Positions 39,457-52,659 of a stretch of DNA of 64,000 nucleotides are shown here, piece after piece (the stretch's first letter is position 1; every line of letters starts with the position of its first letter). The stretch is from contig NC_087437.1 of NCBI RefSeq assembly GCF_036321535.1, positions 2,294,001-2,358,000 on the forward strand, in the 5' to 3' direction. The DNA comes from Camelus dromedarius. Taxonomy: Eukaryota. The notes under the pieces were generated by a model. It worked only from the letters and a program-made list of their open reading frames with translations, did no database searches and was not told the DNA's origin. The position numbers and the translations under genes are program-made.

Positions 39457-41368
39457 CTAAAATGGGATTTTTTAAAAAGCAAAAGAGAAAAAAAGATAAT
39501 TTTATACATTTGAAAATTATAAGTAATCTTATTAAATGTTACAAAGAATTACTGCTAATTTACATGGTTATATTAACCAAAAAAGTTCTTTTCTCTTAGA
39601 GATACAAAGTAAAGTATTTTAAGCATGAAAGGATCCAATAAGATTTATTTTAAAATAAATAGGGGTCGGGGGTGTAGAAAATAAAGACAGAAGTGACACC
39701 ATCTACCGGGAACTGCTGAAGCTGGTAGAGGAACCAGAGGACTCGGGTCCCTATTCTTCCTACCTGGGTACACCTGAACATCTCATAATAAAAGGCAAAA
39801 AATAAAATACACATCATGTAAGGATATGAACAAACATTTGGTGAACTACATTTTATTTCAGGTCATGCCCTGCTCACTCCTGTTGATTCTGTCTTTTCTA
39901 AGAAATTATATGCTTAAATTTCCCATTGGAGATTGGTGTGATTTAGTGTAAAATTATTAAAGCCCCCATCTAAGAAAACCTTATGATTCCCATGCGTCAG
40001 AAACTATCAGTCACCACCACCATGGGAGAAAGGATGTTCATCGCAGCCCCGAAGCGCCAACCCACCTTCACACGCAAACCCCCACAAAGGCCACGTGCCC
40101 TCAGGACCCCCTCGACAGCCCACACCATCCTGACAGAGGCTCCCAGAGCTTCTGGCCCCCACGCCCCTCCAAATGCAGCACAGGGGCCTCAGAATCAAAT
40201 GTAATTCATGGCTGCTGAATTGCATAAGGTAATTTTTGTTGCACTAGAACAGTGAGACTTAAAATGAGCTCTAACTTTCCTTTTCAGCTTCTCAACGACG
40301 CAGGTAACTAAGGGATCTGACAACGGGCCAAGCCGCCCAGAACACGAAGCAGCAGAGACGCTCATCTGAGAAGAAACTGTTTCCAGGCACGAACCCTGGG
40401 AGGAATCTGTTCTCTGGCTCCTCAGTTAGGAGCCACACTGAATTCAACTCAGTTCCGATGCATCATTTGTTTTATCTGTTCTTCAAATCACATCTCGCTC
40501 ATCCTGTACTATGACTACATTATTTTATTCACGGGAAGCAAAAATGTTTACTGTATTGAAGGCAAGATAGATACAATTATCCTCTACAATTTTCACCCCT
40601 GTGCTTGTCAAATCTTTTCAAAAGTATACGCTTTAGTTTACAAAACAGCAATAACGCAACCGTATCTGAAGTGCCCTATTTTCCAAGAACAGAGGCTTCT
40701 CAGAAACTAAAATTGAGAATGTCTGTGGTTCATGCCAAGAAGTACTTTAGGAAAGTCAATTTTAGAGAACCACATGTAGAAAGCAAAAGCATCACAGAAA
40801 CCTCAGGAGGCCTGGCAGTGGCTGGGCCCGTGTGGGCCGGAGCAGCGGGGTGAGGCAAGGGCGGGGGCACTGGGTGGGGACCTTGGAGATAGAGGTCATT
40901 TAGAATGAAAAAAATATTTTTTTTAATAAAAAGTAAAGCAACCTCAAGAACACACAGTTTGCTGGTTACTATCAGAAACTCTTAAAGTTTTGTTTTAATC
41001 CAAGAAAAAAAATCAAAATTTAATATCCTGAGATATACACAGGAGTTAGTGTTCCAGAGGGTCAAAATTTCTAGATACCAGCTTGCAACCTTTCAAAACT
41101 ACAACTTAATTTTAGCTTTTTCATTCGGTGGTGCTCTTCTTGTAAGACCACAGTTCTTTCCTCCTGTACACCAAGCTGAACATGACAGCTTTTACTGAGT
41201 CAGAGCAATTCCCGCCCATCACCTCAACATACAGCTACTACAGATGTAGCCGGAGACAACACTGGCTAAGTGGCCCCAAGAGTCACCACTGGAGCTGGCT
41301 TTGTGGCCATGTCCCTAAACCCAGTCGTCTGTTTGGTCATACTTTTCCTCAAAAGAAATAATAAAATT

Positions 41369-41500
41369 GGGGGAAGGGTATTACTCAGAGGTAGCACGCG
41401 TGCCTAGCATGCAGAGGTCCTGGGTTCAAGCCCCAGTACCTCCATTAAAAATACACAAACCTAATTACCTCCCCCACAAAAAACAAAAATAAATAAATTT
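41369..41500 (+). mobile_element. tRNA-derived SINE, Vic-1-like (camelid)
   Basis: GGGGAAGGGTATTACTCAGAGGTAG...GAGGTCCTGGGTTCAAGCCCCAGTACCTCC...AAACCTAATTACCTCCCCC followed by an A-rich tail; A and B boxes visible. Confidence 0.85.
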
Positions 41501-43369
41501 TAAAGATTTCAAAAAAATCAAAGAATATGAAAAAGTAACCAACAATTTTTTTTTTAATTTGAAAAGAAATAAAATAACCCTAATGACCTCTGCAGTGCTC
41601 TGACAGACACAGGCTCCAAGACCTAATGTAATTTCCTTCTTCTACACCTCCCGCCCACTCTGCCGGCCAGCTGGGCGGGAGTCCCCACCTCCACCCCACC
41701 CGGGAGACCTGCCCGCACCCCGAGGTTCCTACCACCCCAGTCGTCCTATCTCCTGACCTGCCCTCGATGGGCTGTACATCTGGTCAACAAAACGCTCCGG
41801 TTCTTGAACCGGATGAGACCATCTCTTACCTGGCACAGTGTTAGGTGTTCTTGGCTGAGGTGGTAAGAACTGCTGCATGCTGTGTGTTTGAGGTTTTGGC
41901 TTTTTGTCTGCTTTTGTTCTGTTTTTGTACAGCTAGGACAGACAACTGAAGACTCCAGAGATGAGGTAAGATTTTTTTCTTTGACGTGTTGTATCCTAAT
42001 GAATATTTAAGGGATCAAAATCTCACGGCTAGGGAATAAAAATATAGGAAAACCCTCTCATTGGTATCAGGCACAGGAGACCAACTTGAAATACTTTGTA
42101 ACGACTTGAAATACTTTTTAATAGTGTTGCTCAAAACTGTGCAGGGGACACCACCAGTGTCGAGAAGTGTGATGACTGGTACCATGTAAGGATGAGCCAT
42201 GGGAAGGTGGGCCTGCAGGAGTCTGTGTGGGTCCCCCCCTGGCTGGGGGCCTGCCCTGTGGGAGGCTGCCCGGGCCACTCAGTGGTTATTAGCTGATTAC
42301 TGATACCTGACAAGGAAAGGAAAATTACACTCAAATATCCAGAATTTCTTCTGTGAATCTACTCAACTGCATAAAAATTCCATCTATGAGTAAACCCAAA
42401 CTTTTCTGGTTATTTTCCATACACATATGTATTAATTTTATTTGCCCAGTTGATCTTAGTTGCTACTGAATAAGAAAATCTGAATCTGTAATCCTTTCTC
42501 TTAAAAATCTCTATGATTTATTGAAGTGAACTGGAGGTCTCATTAATTAAATTAATGCATGTAGACACTATCGGTTTGAATGATAACATGTGATATAACG
42601 TATATTCTAGATAAGGCAGTGTTATAAATATTATTTTCCTTTCAACTTCTTTGCAAAGCTTCCAGAATAAAACAAGACAGGATCCAAACCCAAGATCCCT
42701 GGAATGAGCTGGAATGACCGCAGTGGCCACCCATTCACAACTAAGAGTATGTGCTTCATAGCAGTGCAGGGTTAGGTTCCTTTGTGTCAAAGAGACAGGT
42801 TTCTGACATCACACCCTAGAAAGCATTCAGTGCTCAGGGAAGAGACCAGCAGAGCTCCTCTGGCACTGGGACCTGCCTCTGGTGCACATCTTCAAGGGCC
42901 CAACCACAGGGTCTGGGAATAAGAAGCAAATGTGTACAGACCTGGCAGACCCCTGTCTTCACCCGTGGTATGGGCCACTCCCCTGTCAACACCCTCTCCT
43001 GCCCACTCTGCCCTGAGGAGGAGAGCCTTCCTTCTCCTGACAGCTCAGCACACTTCTGCAGCCTCTCAGAGCACCAGGCGTGTCTCCCCCGTGCACTTCC
43101 CACAGCCAAGAGGACACTCTGATGTGTGTGTGGTTGTCTAGTTTTATCCTGCATGGTCATGACGGCAACTGCAGGACAGAGAACAGAGTTCAGCCTACAG
43201 TCAGCATTCACTAGACACATGGTGTGCGATTAAATACAGGAACAGCTGTCACCACAGGCCTCCTACAAACTGAGGACCTGAATAAGCAGATGAGAACATA
43301 ATCGTAAGATGAAATCTGGCACTCAATAAATTTATACAACAGAAGACGGATGATACGGACATTCTGAAG

Positions 43370-43480
43370 ATGGATGTTGCCCAAAATTGCACAGTGATGC
43401 AAACATACTTAATGCCACTGAACTACACTTGTAAAAATGGTTATATGGTAAATTTTATGTGTACTTTATTACAATAAATA
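43370..43480 (+). mobile_element. L1MB-type 3' end fragment
   Basis: tacttaatgccactgaactacacttgtaaaaatggtta..ggtaaattttatgtg..caataaa. Confidence 0.65.
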
Positions 43481-43863
43481 ACTTTTTATTTAAAAACTAA
43501 TAATAAAACACTTAGCACAAAAGGCTGTAAAATACATACCATATCACCTCCATAGGAAAACACAATCAGGGACAAATAAAAAAGGAAAGTACAAGGATTT
43601 GTATCAAAATATTAATGTGACATTTCAGATAGAAAATTATTTTCCCTTTTAAATGGTATTTCTCTAAATACCGTATGTTCCTACATTAACTATTTTCCTA
43701 AATTAAATTAAATTAAATTATAATTTTTGAACACTCAACTAATATTTACTGAATAGTCCTGTGGGCACAAATCTGTTATCATTATGAGATGCACACTAAT
43801 TAGACACTGGCTTTTGAAAGGAAGAGCTCTGGCATAAGCACCACCAACAGCAACAGCTCTCAC

Positions 43864-44034
43864 CTCCCACTGCTGCCTTTTTCATCTTCTTCCTCTTCAT
43901 TATCTGAAGCTAAGAAAGGAATGGCAGCCAGACCCTCCTCCTCTGCACGGATCCGTCCCAGCAGGGTGAGGCCATGGATTTTACAATCAATTCCTGAGCT
44001 CCTGCACTGCTTTATCGCAATTTCAATAAACCTG
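43864..44034 (-). pseudogene. HERC2: HERC2-like exon: RFIEIAIKQCRSSGIDCKIHGLTLLGRIRAEEEGLAAIPFLASDNEEEEDEKGSSG
   Basis: Matches the recalled HERC2 DOC-domain C-terminus. The |gtgag donor is intact (phase 2); the 5' side lacks a polypyrimidine tract. Confidence 0.92.
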
Positions 44035-44059
44035 GGACCCAGTCCCAGCCCCTCGCTGA

Positions 44060-44165
44060 CGTGCGGCAGTGTTACAGCACACAGCCGGGTGTGTGACCGA
44101 GACTGTCCCACAGCCTCGAATGTCCACCACCTGGCCCTTCACAGGAAAGTTTGCTGACCCTGGTC
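44060..44165. mobile_element. MER58-like relic abutting the HERC2 DOC exon
   Basis: cctggcccttcacaggaaagtttgctgaccctg resembles the recalled MER58 terminus. Confidence 0.6.
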
Positions 44166-44461
44166 TGGACCATTGGACCATCTCCTGTTGAAGATGAGTA
44201 GAAAAGCTAAATAAATGTGTATATTTGATGTACACATACTGTAGGTATAAACTGATATAATCTGATGCTTGAGGCATCAGATACACTCATGATGGTGAAG
44301 GATCACAGGGCCAAGTTCCTTTTCTCCTATTTAAGTTCAGTTTGCATTCTTTGCTTTTTGTTACCTGTACTTCATGTCACATTTTGGAAAATAATTCATC
44401 CCATACTTAATCCTACCACTAATTTTTTTTTGAATACATTCTTTAAAGTATATGTATTTCT

Positions 44462-44735
44462 TTTTTTCATATCTACCATATCATTTTTTTTTATTGAGGT
44501 ACAGTGAGTTTACAATGTTGTGTCAATTTCTGACATACAGCACAATGTCACACATGAACACACATATATTCATTTTCGTATTCCTTTTCACCTTGAGCTA
44601 CTACAAGATATTGAATATATCTCCCTGTGCTATACAGTGTAAGCGTGTTCATCTGTTTTGTATATACCAGTCAGTGTCTGCAGATCTCAAACTCCCAGTT
44701 TATCCCTTCCCACCTCCCCCCCCCCCGGCAACCAC
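44462..44735 (-). mobile_element. 5'-truncated L1 3' end with target-site duplication
   Basis: T-tract then attgaggtacagtgagtttacaatgttgtg...ccctgtgctatacag...cccttcccacctcccccc; flanked by AAGTATATGTATTTCT (44446-44461) and AAGTATGTGTATTTCT (44736-44751). Confidence 0.85.
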
Positions 44736-46809
44736 AAGTATGTGTATTTCTAATTGTTGGTAATGAGACATCATTTTTACCGAATCTGCTATAAAAACAA
44801 TACATATAAAATTATTCCATAAAATATTTAACTCATATTTATTGTCTCTATTACTTCAATTCCCATTCTTATTCCCAATTCTTACTCTTATTAATGTTAT
44901 TTGGAAACATATGATAAATAAATAATTTTACATGACAAGATAATAATGAACTGGAACAATTATTTTGATTTGTTTAGTCTATCATATTTTCCACTTTGTC
45001 TAGGACAGTAAAAGTCATTTTTGAATTTTTTTTTTTTTTGCTAATTTTCTGTCCTATTACATTTTTTCTTTCTCAAATGGTATGCTTTTCTTTTGATATT
45101 AGAAACAATTTCTCTGGTTCATCTTTTTTTTAATTTGATTTTTTTTGCCGTGTTAATTATGTTCTTTCTAACTGTGTTACAAATTTCATTGTTTTTATTT
45201 GTCCATGAATTCTAGCTTATGTCATTCTTCTCCTTTTCCATTTCATTCTGCTTTATATCTTGTTTTTTCCTATTGGTGTTTTTCTTTCCATTTTATAGAT
45301 GGCAGATGTTCTCGGATGGTAAGAAATTTTACTTATTCATACAGAAATATTATTTTCTCAGTTCTATGTCTCAGCATTCAAGACAATAGTTATTTTCTCT
45401 GTTTTTGCATCACTTAGTCACAAATTATTGTTGTTGTTTTTGTTTTTTTCAACATCACTTAAAGAAGTGAAAGCTACTCCAGTTCAGAACTTTGTAATTA
45501 TCAGCTCTGTGACTGCTCCTGCTGCGCTCTCTCTCCCCATGTGGGTGGCGGCTGGATGCAGTGCTCAGTCCCTCACCTGGACCAAAAGCTAAGTCCCCAG
45601 AATCGCCAATGGTTCTTGTTAGACTTCCGTGGAGACTCTGCACTGCTTTGGTCAGTTTTGATCCTTTCACCAAATGATCTTACTTTCACACTGTGAACCT
45701 ACAGAGGGTGTGGAAGACGAAGTTTGGAGACTGTGCTCCTGTATCCTCACAAAAAGCCTTTTAGGGAGCTGGCCGTTTCCCAATACCTGGAACAAGACTG
45801 GGGCGAGGGAGGTGTTGAGCAGAGATAGGGCTCTGATCTATTTAGAGGCAACATGTAAATATAGACTTTGGGCTGCCAATTTAGGTGTCTAAAGTTAGAA
45901 AATGCATGATGTGACCCCCCCATCATTTTTTAGATGATATAAAGATAAAGTGTTTTTATCCTGGTTCCATTAGCTTTGCTGTTGGTAGAAATTCAAATTT
46001 GGGATTTAGTGGTACTCTAAATTCTAGTCTTATTTTCAATTTTTACAGACATACTTGACAGGGTTTGGGAAATTTTTGACCATTGATTACAACTCAGACA
46101 TCCTTTAAGACAGACAAAATAATTTGCTATGTTTTGGGCCATAAACTTAACATTAAATAAATGTCAAGGAAAAAAAAGTCAACACCAGTAAAAAGAAAGT
46201 GAAAGTCAAGGAGAAATATTTTTAAAATCCACCCTTTTTACCTTTTCATTTAGCCCCAACAAACTGTCTCAAAAACTCTTCTTGGCTGCATATCTCCCAT
46301 GCCTCCAGGCTCTTGGCTGTAAGTCTAAACTTTCAGTTAAAATGCATGCACATGTGCACTTTTGAATGATTTATGCACTGAAGGAAATCTGTATTATTGT
46401 GTAGAGTTATGCTACATAACAATTTACATCCATTTATGGGAATCCAATAGGCTAGAAAAAATTGAAAACATAATTGAAATCTGAAAAAAAATGGACTTTA
46501 GGATAAAGATGAAGAAAACAAATCACATGGTTACTAGGAATCAAAACTTTTAAAAGCATACATTATACACTTATGAGGTAATTTGACGTATACCCCAAAT
46601 GTTTCAGATTCAGTGGTTCTTTATATTATTTTTTGCATTTTTAACTTACATTATTCTTTGTATTTTGTATGTTTAATCACAAAATTGTTATAATATTTTG
46701 ACACATTTCAAGAAAGTAAACTCTTTTTATAAGCATTTTACCCAATATTTAATCATAACCTATTATATTTTATGTGCAATAGAAAATATTTTATGCACAA
46801 ATGAATGCA

Positions 46810-47470
46810 TCCATTGTCCTCCTTCACTGAGCAAATATGTGTTGGGCACCTGTGTGTTGGGCATTATACCAGGCACTTGGAAACATAAGTGAATGAAACA
46901 GATCCATATTTCTGCTCTCATAGGGGTTACATTCTAGTGGATATGTAGAGAAATAATAACTAAACATAAATAAAATACATTATTTTGTGTTAATAAATGA
47001 TAAGTGAATAAAAACAGAAAACAGCAAAGCGGCAGGAGAAGATGAGCAAATGCTGAGTGACTGGATGTACCAATTTTATACAAGGTGGTCAAGAGAGATA
47101 TGGAGAAAGTGATATTTGAGCAAAACTTTGAAGGTGTAAGGCATTTAGTGATGGCAGATGTTGGGGAAGAAGGTTCCAGACAAAAGAAAGAGCTAGTGCA
47201 ACATCCCTAACATCGGGGTGTGTCTGGGGTGGGAGTCCTATGGGATGACGTCAGAAAAATACAGGAGTCAAGTCCTTGGCACGCAGCTGAAGGACTTTAA
47301 CTTTGACTGTGAAATAGGGAGCCCCCAAAGCCTTTTGAGCAGAGGAGTAATGTGGTCTGACAAGCTTGGAAGGATCATTCTGGCTGATGTGGTGTGAGTG
47401 GAAGGCAGCAGGGCTGAGGGAGAAGGAGAGAGTTTGGTTAAAATTCTCCTGCAGTCACCCAGATGAAAGA
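46810..47470 (-). mobile_element. L2 LINE 3' fragment
   Basis: ttcactgagcaaatatgtgttgggcacct...ccaggcacttggaaacataagtgaatgaaacag...ttttgagcagaggagtaatgtggtctga... Confidence 0.75.
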
Positions 47471-47949
47471 AATTAACTCCGTTATGAAAAAAATATCATT
47501 TTGCATATTTGCAAATCAAGAAAAAAGCTTAACTATTGAATCATAAAATAGAAACTGGCAGCAAAATTAACTGTAACTATGACATTGGAGGGTGTGCGTA
47601 TGTTAAAAATCTGACCTACTGACAACACATAATAATGATAATTTAAAAATACACAAAGTTACACGTGCAAACCATATAACTCACAATTTAAAATACCTCT
47701 TGTGAGATAATTAAGAGTTTTAGATTCAGTGAGAGATTCCATTAAAATAGAAACATAAAAGCCATTGCAAAACTTGAGAATCATGGTGTGAAATCGATGT
47801 ACAGGGACGATACTATCGGGCTGTTTCAACGCTGACTTATGCAGACGGTGTTTCTCAAAGGTAATAGGCAAATACACAACTCAAGGAGAAAAATATTATA
47901 AATATAATTTTAATAATGCTGCTTTCTACTCTCATTCAAATAATTTTAA

Positions 47950-48845
47950 TTTTTATTTTCAAGGTAGTATACAGTAAAATTTGTTGTGTGTTTGCATTTC
48001 AAAGAATTTTAACAAAGGGGTAGATTTGTATAATCACCCTTACAATTAAGATACTAAAGGGTTCCATGACCCCCAAAACCTCATTCATGCTATTCCTTTT
48101 TTTTTAAGTTAGGGTTTTTTTTGGGGGGGGTACTTAGGTTTATTTATTTATTTACTTTTTAGAGGAGGTACTGGGAACTGAACCCAGGACCCCGTGCATG
48201 CTAAGCACGTGCCCTACCACTTTGAGCTATACCCTCCCCCACCATGCTATTCCTTTTTAATCAGACTTCCCCCATCCCAAACTCTGACAACCACTGATCA
48301 ATTCTTTATCATTACGGTTTTTCTTTCCAAGAGCATCATATAAAGGAATCGTGCATTACATGAGCTTTAGAGACTGGGTCCTTTCACCCAGTATATCTTT
48401 GTGATTTAGCCAACGACTGCATGGAGTCATAGTCCATTCTTCTTATTGCTGAGTGGTATCCAAATACGCAGACGTACCAAAGTCTGTTTATGTACCCACT
48501 TACTTAAAAACATTTGAGTTATTCCCACTTTTTTATGACTATGGATAAAGTTGCTATGAGCATTCATATATAAGATTTATGTTTCATTCTATGAGGTAAT
48601 AAGATTTCATTCCCCGTGGTAAATTCTCAAGAATAGCATCATTAGGTCATATGGTAGTGAGTGTTTAACCTTATAAGAAAGTGCCAAACTGTTCACCTCA
48701 GCAGCTGTACAGTATTCCTACTTCCCACCAGTGATGTATGAGTCCTTGTTACATGGCATTTCCAGGAACACTAGTGCTGTCATTTTACTTTTTTTTTTTT
48801 CTTTCTGCCATTCTAATAAGGGTGCAGCAGTAGCTTATTGTAGTG
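47950..48845 (-). mobile_element. Old L1M 3' fragment, interrupted by a SINE
   Basis: ctgacaaccactgatc; cttattgctgagtggtatcc; gataaagttgctatgagcattcat; gtgccaaactgtt; cccaccagtgatgtatgag; gccattctaataagggtg. Confidence 0.75.
48102..48240 (-). mobile_element. tRNA-derived SINE, Vic-1-like, with 16-bp TSD
   Basis: Reverse complement of the 41369 element; CATGCTATTCCTTTTT at 48086-48101 and 48243-48258. Confidence 0.9.
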
Positions 48846-48849
48846 CAAG

Positions 48850-49430
48850 ATATTGTAAAAATCACATTCAGTTTTTTCAAAACCCTTGAAACTTGAGAAG
48901 GGGTAATGAGTTCAAGGATTTCAGGGGTGATCAAGAAAAATGCCAGGATCATTAGGGAGCAGGGGTGCATGGGGAGCTTTCTTTGGGTTAGGTTAGTATT
49001 ATAAGCAGGAAGCCCTTTACCTCCCATCAGGAGACTTCAGAAGCAGGGGATCAGAGCCACCCCAGAGGGCAATGAGGGTAAAGAAACCCCTGGAGAAGAG
49101 GGACCATGAGGAGGGGCCTCTCAGGCCTAGGTGGCATCCTTCAGCTGCACAGCTGGGGGTTCTCCAGGGCAGAGAACTCTGAAGGGCAGCCACTGGGGGT
49201 CTTTCATAGTCCTAAGGTAGTTCTTATCTATGGCTTGCAAATGTTTTGCTGTGTATGGAATGCAGGGAGGTTCTAGTTTGCTAAAAACAATGCTGATCAG
49301 GGCATTATGCAAAGCAAATGGATGTGTAAAAATTTAAGTTTGGCACTTGCAGGTTTTTGAGTGAATGGTCCCAGCTTGCTGTGAAGAAGTAAATAAAATA
49401 GGGGTCAATACAGGAACCATCTTTGGCCAA
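48850..49430. mobile_element. Probable LTR relic
   Basis: Starts TGTAAAA where L1 similarity ends and has a distinct G-rich composition; family not recognised. Confidence 0.3.
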
Positions 49431-50461
49431 TGGGGAAGGAAGTAGGACTATAGAGACCTATAAGATTTAATCAATTGTGTGAATCATGTTAATACACTTT
49501 CTGTAGAAAATCATAACACTTTACTACTATTTGAGAAACTAAAATTGGAAGATGAGAAAATGAAAATACGCATTTTTGAGAACTCCTTTCTTAATGCTTG
49601 AAAGAGAAACAAAATTTTATCTTCATATTTGAAGGTAGTATTATAGACCTTCTGGTAAACTTTCTTACCTAGAAGTGGAGATAAACATTTGCTCAGAAAT
49701 CCACATAAATCCAAGTCTTAAGAAGGAATGTCCTGTGTTAACACAATAGCTTTTTGATTTAATGATATAGTTTAAGGCTGTGGAAGTCTGTGTGTGTGCA
49801 CACCAATCACAAGTTAATTTGACAACTCTTGTGTTGCTGGTAGTAACCTGTTGATCTACGCAGGCAAAAATATCACTAAGTATCATCAAAACAAATGTTT
49901 GTGTACTTGATCAGGGAAGCAGCCCAGGGAAGAGCTGGGTATGCAGAAACCAGCTTTTTGTTCAGGGTCAGCATCAGTCTGAGTAAATCCCACTAATAGT
50001 TATTGAATCTCCTTCCTCTGTTGGTTAACACTGTTAAGTATTTCCAAATGGCCCAGTGACAGTGCACACATTTCCAGGTCTGGGGAGATGAGACACCAGG
50101 GTCACAATCGTGGAGAGTTTTGCTTGCTTTCTGTACCAGCTAGACCTCATCAAACAGAGAGACAAGTCATCAGGCAGGAAGACTTGGAGGCATTATTGTC
50201 TTTGTAAGTATGATGACATAAGTCACATTTACATTCTGCATCTTAAAAAAAATGTGAATATTTGTATTATGACAAGTATACATGAATATTTTGTACATAG
50301 AAGACTTTGTCTATTTCTTTACTTTGTGGATTTGTTAAGTTAGATGTAAATTTTGGAAAATGTGATTATCTTCTAGGGAGGTAACATTTGATGAGAATAA
50401 AGTTTAGAAGACAAAATAATCCCTGTATACTTTCTTCCCTATTGGCCACTCACTGTCTGAA

Positions 50462-50573
50462 TCTTCCTTCTTCTTTCCTCCCCACTCCTTCCTTCTCTTT
50501 CCTCCCCTCCCCTTCCCTCCTTCCTTCCTCCTTTCCTTCCTTCTTCCCTGCCTTCCTTCTCTGTCTCTTTCTC

Positions 50574-50635
<62 letters not shown>

Positions 50636-50678
50636 TTCCTTCCTTCCTTCCTTCCTTCCTTCCTTCCTTCCTTCCTCC
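50462..50678. repeat. Polypyrimidine compound microsatellite (TTTC)n(TTCC)n
   Basis: Read directly from the sequence. Confidence 0.95.
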
Positions 50679-52659
50679 ATTCTTTTTTTCTTCTTCTTGG
50701 ACCATCACTGAGGAAGAATTTAAGGGAGAATTAACTATAATACAGTGACCACTCCCCAGGAAGGAGAACTAGATTATACTATTGAAATCTCATAACTATA
50801 AGAATATTTCCCACTATTTGAGTTTCTTTGAATATCTGGTAGTTTTCTTTATTTTAAAATCAAGCTCCATGTGTCCAGAATTTCAAGATCTTTTGAAGAG
50901 TAAGATGTGATGAGGGCTTTACGTCACTTACTCACTTAACAAACAGTTATTAAGCAGCTACCACATTTCAGGCACTTGTTGACTTATCAGCTTTGAAAAG
51001 ACTGTACAAGAATATTTCATTTTCTTCTTTTTCATTAAATTTGAAGAGTTAATAGATTTGATTATCTCCAATTTTATGTACATGTTTATCTTAATAATTT
51101 GCACTTTTCCTAATAGTGATGCTGAAAACTTCTGTAATTGGATCTTTAGTCATTTTGTTTGACATTTAAATTATTGAGGTCTCTAAATTCAACCTGCTAG
51201 CCTCTGCAAATACTGTAAAGGTAGTGAGAGCAATTAGTTTGCATTAATATCACAGGCATTTAAAACATCACTAAGACTATCAACTGCTTCATCTTTCCTG
51301 GAAAGTGAAAGTATTAATTGAGCACCCCCCTCCCCCAGTTTTTGTGACCTCTGCACTGAGCATCTCCCTGTCACTCTTTCATATATGTTTACAGATGGTT
51401 TTTCAAACCAATAGGTGTGTCTTGATCAATTAATTTTGGGAAAGTTCACTTAGCTGGCATCATCTTCTCAACTCTTGGCAACTGTGTATATAATTCTATC
51501 ATAGCAGAAGGGTTTTTTTTTCCCCTCTGATTTTTTTAAACGAAAAAAATATGAAAGCATTTTTTAGGAACAAATCTTCTCAAATATCAACCCTATTAAA
51601 ATTATATGTTTATTTGTAAATCTTCTTGGTTAAGTTATTTTGCAAGTACATTTTTCTCATTACAGAGATATGACTTGGCAAATCTCTCTATTACTGTAGT
51701 TTGAATTTACCTATTTAAACAAGAGGAGTAAGTGCATATTTTTTGATGCTATTTAGATTTAAAATAGCTCTGGCAATGGTTTTTAACTTGAAATGTTGCA
51801 TTTCCTCCTCAATGCCTGGCAAACTACAATATTTCTAATGAATAATAAAAATAATATTCTTTATCAACCCAAACCATTTTCAAGAATTATAAGATAAAAT
51901 GCATATGTGCTTTGTGGACAAATATAAAAATGTTTTTTGCTGGATATTCACTAAATTCCAAATATTTAATGTAGTACACATACATCCTTGATAAGTCTAT
52001 GCAAATTCTGCACTTAACAGAAACCTCATTTCTGAGTAGTTCTATTAACAAAAATACATGACTGCTCTTCCACTTTGAAGTGATAAATGGGAATTGGAAG
52101 ATGAGTCAAAGAGATCTGGAGCCGTCTTCGAGGGTGCCTCATTCAGATCAGCATCCATTATGCCATTTGTATGGATTTTTACCCTGTTGCCTTCATTTGC
52201 CAGCCAGGATTCAGGATTCTCTTATATGTTCCTTGAGGTTAAGCAGCAGACAGGGGTGGAGAGGTTGGGGGAGGTGAGGGTTGACATAGGAGGGTGTGGT
52301 GTGGGTGAGGGTGGGAGAAAAGAGAACTGAAACTGAAAAGATGAATCTGAAGTCTCTGCCCTAGAGCAAGTCACAGGTTGGTGGATAAAGAAGGCCAACC
52401 ACATGGAGAAATTACAGTAGAAGACGTGAGACGCCATAGTAGGGAAGTCCATGGGTGCTCTAACAAGTATTGATTATGTACTTTCTGCATGATCAGATTT
52501 GGATTTCAGAATGATATCTTAATTAACAAAGGTAGAGGATAATTTAAAGTTTGAAAGGCTGCAATAAATCTGGTTATTACAATTTGAAGATACAGCGCTA
52601 AACTAGCACTGCCAATGGGAAGGAAACAGCACTGCAGGCAAGTGTTAACAGTCAGCATG

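Larger units (their letters stand above)
36845..44034 (-). pseudogene. HERC2: Unprocessed partial HERC2 duplicate (end of DOC domain through part of RCC1-like domain 2; 6 exons)
   Basis: Six minus-strand exons lie in HERC2 order with many substitutions, two non-GT donors and one intervening exon not found. Confidence 0.93.

Noticed and set aside
41369..41445. tRNA-Ala gene
   Set aside because: It is a degenerate tRNA-like head followed by a SINE body, A-rich tail and TSD; the same applies to the three other copies.
36845..44034. Functional HERC2 gene or a processed pseudogene
   Set aside because: Only six internal exons are present, with dead donors and no flanking exons; retained introns exclude retroposition.
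50388..50711. Lys/Glu/Arg-rich and Phe/Leu/Ser-rich ORFs
   Set aside because: They are translations of the (TTTC)n/(TTCC)n microsatellite.
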